A DNA stretch of 63,908 nucleotides, counting the filler, from Octopus bimaculoides (taxonomy: Eukaryota), in NCBI RefSeq assembly GCF_001194135.2. It is 4 parts of 4 records of this genome, joined end to end, with 100 filler letters (N's around TTAATTAATTAA, not from the genome) between each part and the next. Parts side by side here need not be neighbours in the genome. Positions count along the whole stretch, not along the records: positions 62,104 to 63,908 come from NC_068981.1; 3 more parts are not named here. One strand, written 5' to 3'. This document shows positions 63,526-63,908 of this stretch, piece by piece (within the stretch, counting starts at the first letter, position 1; every line of letters begins with the position of its first letter). Under the pieces are notes generated by a model. That model was not told where the DNA came from, made no database searches, and saw only the letters and a program-made list of their open reading frames with translations. The translations under genes were made by a program, and so were the position numbers.

Positions 63526-63904
63526 TTGGCACTCCGTCGATTACGACGTCGAGGGTTCCAGTCGATCCGATCAACGGAACAGCCTGCTCGTGAAATTAAC
63601 GTGCAAGTGGCTGAGCACTCCACACACACGTGTACCCTTAACGTAGTTCTCGGAGATATTCAGCGTGACACAGTGTGACAAGGCTGACCCTTTGAATTAC
63701 AGGCACAACAGAAACAGGAAGTAAGAGTGAGAGAAAGTTGTGGTGGAAGAGTACAGCAGGGTTCGCCACCATCCCCTGCCTGAGCCTCGTGGAGCTTTAG
63801 GTGTTTTCGCTCAATAAACACTCACAACGCCCAGTCTGGGAATCGAAACCGCGATCCTATGACTGCGAGTCCGCTGCCCTAACCACTGGGCCATTGCGCC
63901 TCCA
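63526..63904 (-). mobile_element. Family-B SINE, near full length
   Basis: tRNA-like head (TGGCCCAGTGG, GTTTCGATTCC) plus shared tail. Confidence 0.9.
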
Positions 63905-63908
63905 AAAT

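Overview
AT-rich, microsatellite-saturated animal genomic DNA with many N gaps. The repeat landscape resembles an octopod cephalopod (Octopus-like); this is an inference from recalled repeat families, not a database result. The only confidently recognisable host coding sequence is one minus-strand exon (CDS 6520-6715). It encodes the N-terminus of a claudin-superfamily, TARP/stargazin (CACNG)-like membrane protein and is preceded by a splice acceptor, so much of the window is probably 5'-UTR intron or upstream DNA of this gene. The rest is mostly a graveyard of mobile DNA: tRNA-derived SINE families, Tc1, mariner and Chapaev3-like relics, MITEs, R4/Dong-, HERO- and L1/Tx1-like fragments, and a Penelope-like GIY-YIG fragment. 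The most notable signal, absent from the ORF track, is a set of hammerhead ribozyme motifs with unusually long helix II and palindromic helix III. Three lie in two adjacent fold-back modules at 57.6-59.1 kb, one lies at 42.9 kb, and variant cores occur at 15.5, 20.5 and 39.3 kb. A fold-back element whose apex is a tRNA-Thr-like cloverleaf (18.8-19.0 kb) also stands out. Most ORFs in the supplied track are microsatellite or N-gap artefacts.
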